Made by a program: the position numbers and the translations under genes
IMG/VR virus record: IMGVR_UViG_3300028063_000002
Location: 1 to 42,107 of that record
Direction: 5' to 3' (one strand)
Length of the DNA: 42,107 nt
DNA from: a virus
The notes under the pieces: model-generated
The model's input: the letters and a program-made list of their open reading frames with translations, nothing else
The model's database searches: none
What the model was told of the DNA's origin: nothing
Shown: in pieces, positions 1 to 6,820 of the stretch
How the letters are laid out: every line of letters begins with the position of its first letter
Numbering within the stretch: position 1 is the stretch's first letter

Positions 1-127
1 CTTGGTTGTGCGGTTCAGGTCGCGGCCTACGGATGCGCAGCCGCCTAGTTTTTTGATTAGGTCAGCGTCGGTGTGGAGTGCTCTCATACTGCACCCGTCG
101 ACGTTGCGGGCTGGGGCGGGAGGGGTG
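1..127. repeat. Terminal direct repeat, exact copy of 41981..42107 (circular-contig overlap or terminal redundancy)
   Basis: Bases 1-127 (cttggttgtgcggttcaggt...ctggggcgggaggggtg) recur identically at 41981-42107. The breakpoint lies inside CDS 41861..42067, so 1..87 (-) is only a duplicated 5' fragment of that gene. Confidence 0.95.
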
Positions 128-136
128 TTGTGTTGC

Positions 137-607
137 TCATGCTGGCTCTCCCCGAAGATCAGCGCTGCTCGGCTTATCGGCCAGTTTCACAAAGCGCAGT
201 TTCGCAATCTGACCCGTCCCCTTGAACAGTATCGATAGCGTTTTGCCTTCCGCCCAGGCTTCGGTCCGACCGTAAACATCGCTGCCATTGTAGCAGTCAG
301 CAACGGCTTCCAAGGCCTCATCTTTGTCTATAGGCTCCACCTCCCCCGTCTGCGCCGTTGCAGGATTAGTAGCGAGGGCGGCGGCAACAGCGCGATAGGC
401 CGCGCCGCTTGCGCTCTGGTCGCGATCATCGAGCGGTGCTGACAGCCAAGGCAATGCCAGCGACAGTGCTACTCGCAACCGCCCCACCTCTCCCGACTGA
501 TCGGTCGCAGCGAGAATAGCAGCCACAGCGGCCTTCTCCCCATAGTGCGCCAGATCGCCGGGTTCGCGATGCTCATAAAACAACGCGCGTGCCTGTTCAG
601 GTGTCAT
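137..607 (-). CDS. Hypothetical modular protein sharing linker motifs with the plus-strand genes 8042..9184 and 9181..9816
   Basis: ORF track. ATGA overlap with 604..1236. Contains QSGEVGRLRVAL and LATNPATAQTGEVE, close copies of NQAGEVERLRVAL and LATQPATSQEGEG in the plus-strand proteins. Confidence 0.8.
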   Translation of the reverse strand: MTPEQARALFYEHREPGDLAHYGEKAAVAAILAATDQSGEVGRLRVALSLALPWLSAPLDDRDQSASGAAYRAVAAALATNPATAQTGEVEPIDKDEALEAVADCYNGSDVYGRTEAWAEGKTLSILFKGTGQIAKLRFVKLADKPSSADLRGEPA

Positions 608-1236
608 TCTCCAGCCTCCCCATCATCAGCCTGTGGTGCAGGCGTAAGTTCAGCAATGCGCCGGTCATATGCGTTCATCACATCGGCATGCAGTTCCGGC
701 TTGCTGGTGATGAGCTTATCCATGGCCTTCTCAGCGCCCTTCTGAAGCGCGTCGATAGCGTCGGCGTCTTGAGTCTGCCCGACCTGCTCGATGTGGCTTG
801 CGGCCCATTCCTCGGCGGTCTGGCGGGGCTTTGGTGCGGGTGCAGCAGGCATAGGCTTGACCGTCGTTAGTGCCTTCTTGCCTTTAGTGGCCGTGAGAGC
901 AAGCACGAGGTCGCGTGCAATGTCCGACATGTGCGAGATACGGATGCCACCGACCTCCATGCCGCCCCACTTCACCGATGCATCTCGGTAAAGAGTGGCG
1001 CGCTTGCCCGCGTACTTGCTGGCATCCGGCCCCCATGCTGCCACGAAGATCCGGCTAACCGACTTGCACGGGCGGAAAGGAAGACCACCGTCGTTTTCGT
1101 ACCAGATCGTTACTGGTCGCTCGGTCCCTGGCTTCACCTCGACGGAGGTAATGGTGATGGTCATAGGCCCCGAGAGCAAATGGTCTGCGGCAAGTTCGTC
1201 TGCCTTGGGCTGAATTGCTGCGGTCATATCGGTCAT
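604..1236 (-). CDS. Hypothetical protein; by position, a candidate ssDNA-binding/annealing partner of the adjacent exonuclease
   Basis: ORF track. 1-nt gap to the YqaJ-like gene upstream and overlap with the gene downstream. No recognisable RecT/Erf/Rad52 motif. Acidic C-terminal tail (PAPQADDGEAGE), as in many SSB-type proteins. Confidence 0.7.
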   Translation of the reverse strand: MTDMTAAIQPKADELAADHLLSGPMTITITSVEVKPGTERPVTIWYENDGGLPFRPCKSVSRIFVAAWGPDASKYAGKRATLYRDASVKWGGMEVGGIRISHMSDIARDLVLALTATKGKKALTTVKPMPAAPAPKPRQTAEEWAASHIEQVGQTQDADAIDALQKGAEKAMDKLITSKPELHADVMNAYDRRIAELTPAPQADDGEAGE

Positions 1237-1237
1237 G

Positions 1238-1918
1238 TCAGTACATCTCCTGTTCGATAATACGTTCCGTAGGAACTAAGTCAGCGGCAACACGCTCATA
1301 GATAGCGCGCTTCTCCGCAATCTTGTTTTCGAATGCTGTGGCAGCAGCCACGATAGCATCCTGTACGACTTGATCAGCGTGAACGCGGATAACAGCGAGG
1401 GGTAGGCCACCACTGTACGAGATCAGGTCACACCACTTGCGTCCCGTGACCAGCATGCCGGTCTGGCACTGCATCAGGTAGTCGGGGACAGGTTCGCCGG
1501 TTGCGACGTTCTCCACGATCGTCTGAACCTGAAAACGCTGGCGACGGCTTTTACATTCGATAAGGCCATCATCGCCCACCAGATCGTCAGGCGAGTAACC
1601 TAACGTAAAGCCCCACTGGTCGTTTGTAATAAAACCCATGCTCTGCGTCTCGGCGTAATGCTCGCGGTACAGGTCACGGGCGCGTACTTCATCGACGTTG
1701 CCGCGTAGCATGTCGTCCGAAATGTACTGCGGCTCGACGTATCCGCTAACCCGCTGTGCCAGTAGCTCCCAGACGTGTGCGCGGGTACGGTCGTTGTCGG
1801 CAACTTTGAGCGTTGGGGTGATGATTTTGTGCACTTCTGAGGCGGTAAGAATGCCAAGTCTAGCATCCAGCCACGCCTGTTCGCCTTGGATTAAGTCCTT
1901 GTGATACTTGATCGTCAT
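1238..1918 (-). CDS. YqaJ-like / lambda-Exo-type PD-(D/E)XK recombination exonuclease
   Basis: N-terminus QGEQAWLDARLGILTASEV and catalytic GYSPDDLV..DGLIECKSRR (D...E.K) match the YqaJ viral recombinase pattern. Confidence 0.85.
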   Translation of the reverse strand: MTIKYHKDLIQGEQAWLDARLGILTASEVHKIITPTLKVADNDRTRAHVWELLAQRVSGYVEPQYISDDMLRGNVDEVRARDLYREHYAETQSMGFITNDQWGFTLGYSPDDLVGDDGLIECKSRRQRFQVQTIVENVATGEPVPDYLMQCQTGMLVTGRKWCDLISYSGGLPLAVIRVHADQVVQDAIVAAATAFENKIAEKRAIYERVAADLVPTERIIEQEMY

Positions 1919-1943
1919 ATCCGTTCCTCATCTCAGGAACCCG

Positions 1944-1973
1944 TAATATGGTCGCCACTATGGCGAATGTCAA
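1944..1973 (-). promoter_or_regulatory. Candidate sigma70-type promoter for the recombination genes
   Basis: Minus strand reads TTGACA-N17-CATATT (or N18-ATATTA), about 25 nt upstream of the 1918 start and directly after a terminator-like hairpin. Confidence 0.4.
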
Positions 1974-1976
1974 CGC

Positions 1977-2022
1977 ATAAAAATGGGCCGAACTAGCCAG
2001 GATCCCCCAGCTAATACGGCCC
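1977..2022 (-). terminator. Candidate intrinsic terminator downstream of 2054..2698
   Basis: Minus strand: GGGCCG..TAGC..(GGATCC)..GCTA..CGGCCC interrupted stem, followed by ATTTTTAT. Confidence 0.4.
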
Positions 2023-2053
2023 TATGTCGAACGGGAGGTGCGGCGTGTGTGGG

Positions 2054-2698
2054 TTATGCGACAGGAGCTATAACACTCCGCGCTATCGACAGCAGCAATT
2101 CCCGAAACGCTGGTGGCGTACCGATACGCGGGGTGCTGTCGGTGCCGCCGCCCTTGCCGCCTACCTCCCCCAGACGCTTGGCACGCTTGAGGCCCATCCT
2201 TGCCACGATAACAGGATCCAGGCGCGGTTCGCCAATTCCCCAATCCAGTTCCGGCAGATCCTCCATGTGAACGCCGTAGACCAGCAAGAGAGTCGGCTTG
2301 CGGGCGTAGTGCCCATAACGCCCCTGCTCGACACAGCAGGTCCAGCCGCCATGAAAGTCCGCCGGGATCCACCCGCCCGCACGCGAGGGCCTGTTCAGAC
2401 CAAAATGCGGCCATGCATGCGAACCCCACGGGTGTTCGATCACGCCGCCATGTTTGCGTGCAGATGCAAGGCACGCTGCAAAGCAACCGGCATCGTCGCC
2501 CTTGATCTTGCGAATACCCGTGCGCTTGATGTGCAACGGCTGTCCTGCCCATAGCTTGCCCCAGCGCTGGCAGGGCGGATGACCAACGATTGGATGTGGT
2601 CCAGGATAAAGCCGTGCGTCGCGGTTCTCGTCCCACGCTTCTATCCCTTCCATGCCGAAATATGCGCCGCCGGTTTGTACGTACAATGCAGCTATCAT
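2054..2698 (-). CDS. Miniature C5-cytosine-methyltransferase-like protein (PPCQ motif); function uncertain
   Basis: GHPPCQRWG resembles C5-MTase motif IV (PCQ). IEHPWG resembles motif VI (ENV). ALYVQTGG is a degenerate motif I. At 214 aa there is no room for a normal target-recognition domain. ATGA-coupled to the upstream small ORF. Confidence 0.55.
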   Translation of the reverse strand: MIAALYVQTGGAYFGMEGIEAWDENRDARLYPGPHPIVGHPPCQRWGKLWAGQPLHIKRTGIRKIKGDDAGCFAACLASARKHGGVIEHPWGSHAWPHFGLNRPSRAGGWIPADFHGGWTCCVEQGRYGHYARKPTLLLVYGVHMEDLPELDWGIGEPRLDPVIVARMGLKRAKRLGEVGGKGGGTDSTPRIGTPPAFRELLLSIARSVIAPVA

Positions 2699-2850
2699 CT
2701 CACCTTCTCCTTAACCACCCGCCAACCCCTACTCCAAGCCCGCGACCGCGCAGTACCCAGCGGGTGCGGGTTGTCTGTCGCTTGTGCCCCGCGTAGCGCG
2801 GCGATCTGGCCGTCTAGGGTTGCTTGGAGTTCGTGATGGTGGGGGTTCAT
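2695..2850 (-). CDS. Small Rmf/CrpP-like protein (51 aa; not in the ORF track)
   Basis: Hand translation: MNPHHHELQATLDGQIAALRGAQATDNPHPLGTARSRAWSRGWRVVKEKVR. ATGA overlaps at both ends (stop of 2847..3524, start of 2054..2698). NP[YH]-x9-AW-x2-GW pattern as in ribosome modulation factor/CrpP. Confidence 0.6.
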   Translation of the reverse strand: MNPHHHELQATLDGQIAALRGAQATDNPHPLGTARSRAWSRGWRVVKEKVR

Positions 2851-3524
2851 CCGAATAGACTCCCTTGGCGTTGTGCGTCTTCGATGCGCTTGCAGGCTAT
2901 GTCGAAATACGTCTCATCTTGTTCGATGCCGACAAATGACCGCCCCTCTTTGACGCACGCGACGCCTGTCGTGCCGGATCCCATAAACGGGTCTAAACAC
3001 ACGCTACCCGGCTTAACAGTGTTGACCACACACCACCTCATCAGGCCTTCAGGTTTTTGCGTTGGGTGCTGCTTGTCGCCGGGCGACGGCCCGTCCCAAA
3101 CAGATGGTACGCAGCGGCCTCCAAACCATGCGGCGGGCGCCTTCGAATATACTGCCAGCTCTAGTGACGGCTGGAAGAGATATTGACCATTGACGACTGT
3201 CGGGTTGCTTTTTCGCCAAGCCAGCGTGCGGCCTGACCGACCTTTTAGGATCGCAAAGGCATAGCTGAGCTGCTGGTCAGAGCAGAACGCCACCACTGAC
3301 GGACACGCTGTCGCAAGCTCAAAAAATGCCATCGCCACGTCTGAACGGTCCCAGTCGCCAAATTCCATTTTGCGAAGGCCGTTCTCGACGCGCTGGGCAA
3401 CGGCACGATCGCCATATGGCACGTCAGTCACGATAGCATCCGGTGCGGGGATACTGCCAAGCACCTGCAGGCAATCTCCTAGATACAGGGTGGCGTTGCC
3501 GATCTTTTCTACCCTTGCCATCAC
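2847..3524 (-). CDS. Beta-class DNA N6-adenine (or N4-cytosine) methyltransferase, CcrM/HinfI-like
   Basis: Motif IV TDVPYG sits N-terminal to HPTQKPEGLM and motif I DPFMGSGTTG. This circularly permuted order is typical of beta-class amino-MTases. Confidence 0.85.
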   Translation of the reverse strand: MMARVEKIGNATLYLGDCLQVLGSIPAPDAIVTDVPYGDRAVAQRVENGLRKMEFGDWDRSDVAMAFFELATACPSVVAFCSDQQLSYAFAILKGRSGRTLAWRKSNPTVVNGQYLFQPSLELAVYSKAPAAWFGGRCVPSVWDGPSPGDKQHPTQKPEGLMRWCVVNTVKPGSVCLDPFMGSGTTGVACVKEGRSFVGIEQDETYFDIACKRIEDAQRQGSLFG

Positions 3525-4180
3525 GCCGCCCTAGCCTTCCACAACCGCTCCCGCCGCTCCCGGATCTCGACCACCTTGGCGATTAGCTCGGCATCGGTCA
3601 GCGCGCGTGTACGGCCACAGATCCAGAACGCGCCGCCCTGGGTTGGCATGCCATCGGCGTTGCAGCGGCACACCGGCCTGTAGCCATCGCGCTGGAGGTA
3701 GGACTGGGCAGCGACAAGTTCTTCCGGGTCCTTCTCGCGAGGCACGTACTCTACAGGCGCCACAGCGGGCTGTACGAGGGCGCTAACACGCCGATCCGAT
3801 ACACCGAAATGCCGAGCCGCCTGCTTGATACCAGCCGCCGCAGCAACCTTGGCCACATTGTCCGGCAGCGTCCGCGAGTAGGGGCGCTGGTAGTTCGCAA
3901 TCCCCATCTCACGGCGCCATTGCCGCACCAGCTCATTGCCGCATCCGAAACGATCGGCGCAATCCTCGTTGCTGTGCGTCAGGGCGTATTCGGCGAACTC
4001 TGGCGGGATGACCTTCTTGGGCTTGGTGCTGGGCCATGATCCGAGTTCGTATTTGCGAACGGCATCGAAAACCGCCGACTTGGAAAAACCAATGTCCTTG
4101 GCGATCTCCGTACCAGTTTTCCCGGCTTTGATACCGGCTGCGATTGCCACGACTTCCTTGTGTTCGATTCTGCGGGTCAT
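3521..4180 (-). CDS. DNA-binding protein with two helix-turn-helix motifs and a Cys-rich C-terminus
   Basis: GKTGTEIAKDIGFSKSAVFDAVRK and IKQAARHFGVSDRRVSAL look like HTH units. ATGA-coupled on both sides. Confidence 0.65.
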   Translation of the reverse strand: MTRRIEHKEVVAIAAGIKAGKTGTEIAKDIGFSKSAVFDAVRKYELGSWPSTKPKKVIPPEFAEYALTHSNEDCADRFGCGNELVRQWRREMGIANYQRPYSRTLPDNVAKVAAAAGIKQAARHFGVSDRRVSALVQPAVAPVEYVPREKDPEELVAAQSYLQRDGYRPVCRCNADGMPTQGGAFWICGRTRALTDAELIAKVVEIRERRERLWKARAA

Positions 4181-4476
4181 TGTCCAAGAGCCTTCTCTAT
4201 TGCTGCATCGATTTGTGTAATCAGCCGCCGATATGTCGCCTTCTCGGTAGGCCCCATTGTAGGATCTTCTAGGTCGAGCCAGTCTTGCGCCTTGCGCAGC
4301 GCTGCCAACATATCTGGCGCCGCTGATATTAGACGCGCATTGGCAATGGCATTGTTGCCAGACAGCACACTATCCATTCTAGCGGGATTACCCGGACGCG
4401 GCGCCCCAACGTACATGGGGCCGCTAATCAGACCGCATATACTCCATGGTCCTTTGGTCGCTTCAAAGTCGCTCAT
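4177..4476 (-). CDS. Hypothetical protein, GPW...NARLI(S/A)AAP(D/E) family, paralog 1 of 3
   Basis: MSDFEATKGPW...NARLISAAPDML. Same N-terminus and core motif as 4736..5044 and 6512..6820. RBS AAGGGAGA. Confidence 0.85.
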   Translation of the reverse strand: MSDFEATKGPWSICGLISGPMYVGAPRPGNPARMDSVLSGNNAIANARLISAAPDMLAALRKAQDWLDLEDPTMGPTEKATYRRLITQIDAAIEKALGQ

Positions 4477-4739
4477 CTCTCATCTCCCTTCAATGTTTCA
4501 AGAACCAGCGTGGCGTAACCCACCACGTCCCTCCAGTCGTCGATGTGGTTAGGATCCCCATTCAACGCCCGCGACAGTTTCGCCAGGATCATGAACACAG
4601 CATATTGCTGCCCGGCTGTCATCTTGCGGTACGACGGGCTGGCCTGCGCGACATCGAACATGTCCATCGCAATGCGGGCGCCTACAGGATATTCCCCATA
4701 CGTCGCGCCGCGTTCGGCTAGGATGGTTTCGATGGTCAT
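4473..4739 (-). CDS. Hypothetical protein (DUF6378-like by recollection)
   Basis: Start moved to the internal ATG (MTIETILAERGATYG...), which forms an ATGA overlap with the stop of 4736..5044. The ERG.TYG...H.DDW.D..GYA pattern recalls a phage-specific domain. Confidence 0.7.
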   Translation of the reverse strand: MTIETILAERGATYGEYPVGARIAMDMFDVAQASPSYRKMTAGQQYAVFMILAKLSRALNGDPNHIDDWRDVVGYATLVLETLKGDER

Positions 4740-5044
4740 GGCTGGAGGGCTTTGGCGATGGCGGCGTCCGCTTGCTCGACAGATTCCATCAAGCACTGAT
4801 AATTAGTGTTCCCAACGGAATACCGCATGTCAGTCTCGAATGCCCTCAGACATTTCGCGTTTGATGCCAAGCAACGCAGCGCGTGCAGCAAATCCGGTGC
4901 CGCTGCGATTAGGCGGGCGTTTTCGTCATCGATATAATCACGGACGGCCCAATCAAGACGCGCAACACAACGCCCTGGATTTTCAGTTCGCACGTTGCCC
5001 TCGTAGACCTCCCAAGGTCCAGGCGTTCCCTTAAAATCGCTCAC
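4736..5044 (-). CDS. Hypothetical protein, GPW...NARLIAAAPD family, paralog 2 of 3
   Basis: MSDFKGTPGPW...ENARLIAAAPDLL. GTG start overlapping the upstream stop (GTGA). Upstream RBS almost identical to that of paralog 1. Confidence 0.85.
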   Translation of the reverse strand: MSDFKGTPGPWEVYEGNVRTENPGRCVARLDWAVRDYIDDENARLIAAAPDLLHALRCLASNAKCLRAFETDMRYSVGNTNYQCLMESVEQADAAIAKALQP

Positions 5045-5148
5045 ATCTCATCTCCCTTACTAGCCCGAAGCACGGAACAGATAACCAGCGCCACGATCAC
5101 ACTCAAAGCAATCCAGATGATGCCGCCTATGATGATGTATTGGGTCAT
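5041..5148 (-). CDS. Small single-pass membrane protein (35 aa)
   Basis: Last 35 codons of track ORF 5041..5463: MTQYIIIGGIIWIALSVIVALVICSVLRASKGDEM. ATGA overlap with the stop of 5145..5429. Confidence 0.6.
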   Translation of the reverse strand: MTQYIIIGGIIWIALSVIVALVICSVLRASKGDEM

Positions 5149-5429
5149 GCTGCCTTGTCCTTCTTCGCCTTTTCCTCTGCATCCCTCTTCGCGTTCAGCG
5201 CCATCGTAGCGCGGATCTTGGCCCGAGCCATACCCAGCGCCGTTTCCAGATCCATTGCCTCCGAGGTCTGCGTGATCGGCCCCTTGTTGGTGGCCATGAT
5301 GACGGTTGCCGACATATAGGGCGTTACCGTGTCGTCGGTTTCTTTGTGAGCGCCGAACGATACCACGACGCCCTGCTCCTTGGGGTCTCGCAGGGTTAGC
5401 AGCAGTTTGCCAATTTCGTTGATTGTCAT
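5145..5429 (-). CDS. Hypothetical protein
   Basis: ORF track. ATGA coupling on both sides. Lys/Glu-rich C-terminal tail. Confidence 0.8.
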   Translation of the reverse strand: MTINEIGKLLLTLRDPKEQGVVVSFGAHKETDDTVTPYMSATVIMATNKGPITQTSEAMDLETALGMARAKIRATMALNAKRDAEEKAKKDKAA

Positions 5430-5770
5430 GAGTTCTCTCCCAACTCTGGAACCTGAACGCCACGTCGGTCAGTTAAAAAGAACCTGCGTGGCGGTGCGGA
5501 CTTGTTCAGAAGCTTAGCGCCTCCTGCTTTGAAGAATTTGTAGATTATTCTCTCGAAATCTCCATCAGCCAATTTAATCATAACCGGCTTCATGCGGAGC
5601 AGCTTGAGAGCGGCAAGCCACCCTCCTTTCCATCCTTCTTGGGGAGGCCATCCATCTGGATCTATACAGGCATCAGCCAAATGCTGGATTAGACGAGCGG
5701 CTGGTTTTCGGGTTGAACCGACGTACTTGATATTGCCATTCCGAGGATCAATCAGAGCGTAGGTTATCAT
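5426..5770 (-). CDS. GIY-YIG nuclease-domain protein (stand-alone catalytic domain, homing-endonuclease-like)
   Basis: ITYALIDPRNGNIKYVGSTRKPAARLIQH is a GIY-x(10)-YVG-x-T..R..H pattern. Later FERIIYKFF..GAKLLN fits the conserved E/N region. Visibly AT-richer than its neighbours. Confidence 0.65.
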   Translation of the reverse strand: MITYALIDPRNGNIKYVGSTRKPAARLIQHLADACIDPDGWPPQEGWKGGWLAALKLLRMKPVMIKLADGDFERIIYKFFKAGGAKLLNKSAPPRRFFLTDRRGVQVPELGENS

Positions 5771-5772
5771 GG

Positions 5773-5964
5773 TCAGGATCCCCTTTCGTCTAGGCAGCGC
5801 TCAAGCTTACCGATGGTCGCCAGCGAGGGTGTGTACTTCTTCTGGATCCACCGGGTGATGACGGTGCCAGACACACCCGCTTCCTTGCACAAGGCATAAA
5901 GCGAGATCCTGGCGGCGAATGTGCGTTTCCGCACTTGCTCCATGAGCTGGTTTCTTTCATCCAT
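5773..5964 (-). CDS. XRE/Cro-CI-type helix-turn-helix regulator (63 aa); first gene of the leftward operon
   Basis: SLYALCKEAGVSGTVITRWIQKKYTPSLATIGKLERCL is HTH_3-like. No Shine-Dalgarno sequence. The ATG lies 6 nt after a candidate -10, so the mRNA may be leaderless. Confidence 0.8.
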   Translation of the reverse strand: MDERNQLMEQVRKRTFAARISLYALCKEAGVSGTVITRWIQKKYTPSLATIGKLERCLDERGS

Positions 5965-5970
5965 GAACCC

Positions 5971-6035
5971 TGTCTACGGATGTGTCGCGGACGTGTCAAT
6001 ATGTGTTTGACAGCCGCATTAAATTAGCCCATACC
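5971..6035. promoter_or_regulatory. Divergent control region: back-to-back -35 hexamers forming a 19-bp palindrome
   Basis: TGTCAAtatgtgtTTGACA at 5994-6012. Leftward: TTGACA-N17-TAGACA, then 6 nt to the ATG at 5964. Rightward: TTGACA (6007-6012)-N17-CATACC (weak -10), then RBS AAGGGAG and the ATG at 6067. Also a (T/C)GTGT(C/T) triplet at about 5981-6006. Confidence 0.45.
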
Positions 6036-6066
6036 CCATCCAACACGCAGCAAGGGAGCCGCTGAG

Positions 6067-6297
6067 ATGACGAAACTTGAGATTAGACACCACTACATCA
6101 ACAATCTGGTTAAGATGTACGAAGGCCGCGTAAATTACGGCTCTGTTTCGCCTGCACGTGAAGCGGCCATTCGCGCTGCCGATGCTGCCCTGGCCGGGGA
6201 CATTAAGTTGGCAGGCGAAGCATGGTTCAAGGCTTTGGCTTTGGCGGGCCTTAACGAGAAGAGCACCAAGGCTCAGATCGCGGCGTTACCAGCATGA
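6067..6297 (+). CDS. Hypothetical protein; first gene of the plus-strand accessory operon
   Basis: ORF track. RBS AAGGGAG 8 nt upstream. ATGA overlap with the next gene. Confidence 0.8.
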   Translation: MTKLEIRHHYINNLVKMYEGRVNYGSVSPAREAAIRAADAALAGDIKLAGEAWFKALALAGLNEKSTKAQIAALPA

Positions 6298-6515
6298 CCC
6301 ACGACTACGACGCCATGACCCGCGCCATCAAGGGCGCGCCTTTGGGTGTGCAACTCAAGCTGATACGAAAAATCGTCGAGGCCAAGGACTTCCAGGAGTT
6401 CACGTCCGACGCGCTTTACCAGCTCGACGAAGCCATAAACGACATGGATGCGCAGGCGGTGGATATGCTGCGGCAAGAGGATCTTGAGATGTTTGGTAAG
6501 GAGATAGAAGCATGA
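6294..6515 (+). CDS. Hypothetical acidic protein
   Basis: ORF track. ATGA overlaps on both sides. Confidence 0.8.
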   Translation: MTHDYDAMTRAIKGAPLGVQLKLIRKIVEAKDFQEFTSDALYQLDEAINDMDAQAVDMLRQEDLEMFGKEIEA

Positions 6516-6820
6516 ATACGGGATACACCGCAGGACCATGGATCGCCTCTAACGCCCATACCGGCCCGACGTGTTGGCGCGTGGAATATGATGGCGAATA
6601 CCGGAATGACGGTTACGTCATCACGTCCGACCTTCTCGGTACAGACGCCGAGGCGAATGCTCGTCTAATAGCAGCAGCGCCTGAGTTGTACGAGCGCTTG
6701 GTTATGGCTGTGGCGCGTATCGAAGACATGCTGCGAGAAGACGACGGGCAGGCGTTTAAGGAGGCCCGTAAGGCGCTTCCCGCTTTCCGCGCTGCTCTTG
6801 CTAAGGCCACGACCGAATGA
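6512..6820 (+). CDS. Hypothetical protein, GPW...NARLIAAAPE family, paralog 3 of 3
   Basis: MNTGYTAGPW...ANARLIAAAPELYERL, same core as 4177..4476 and 4736..5044 but on the opposite strand. Confidence 0.85.
   Translation: MNTGYTAGPWIASNAHTGPTCWRVEYDGEYRNDGYVITSDLLGTDAEANARLIAAAPELYERLVMAVARIEDMLREDDGQAFKEARKALPAFRAALAKATTE

Noticed and set aside
1-127. attL/attR, LTR or genuine short direct terminal repeat
   Set aside because: There is no flanking non-phage DNA and no integrase. The repeat starts inside a CDS, and joining the ends restores a continuous operon. A genuine DTR cannot be fully excluded without reads.
2022-2636. Overlapping 204-aa (-) and 176-aa (+, 2024..2554) ORFs
   Set aside because: They are alternative frames of the better-supported 2054..2698 gene, which has the PPCQ motif and ATGA coupling. 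Their products are Arg/Trp/Cys-rich with no RBS.
5149-5463. Upper part of the 140-aa ORF 5041..5463
   Set aside because: It overlaps 5145..5429 out of frame and is Gly/Arg/His-rich. Only the last 35 codons, starting at an ATGA-coupled ATG and encoding a clean TM helix, look real.
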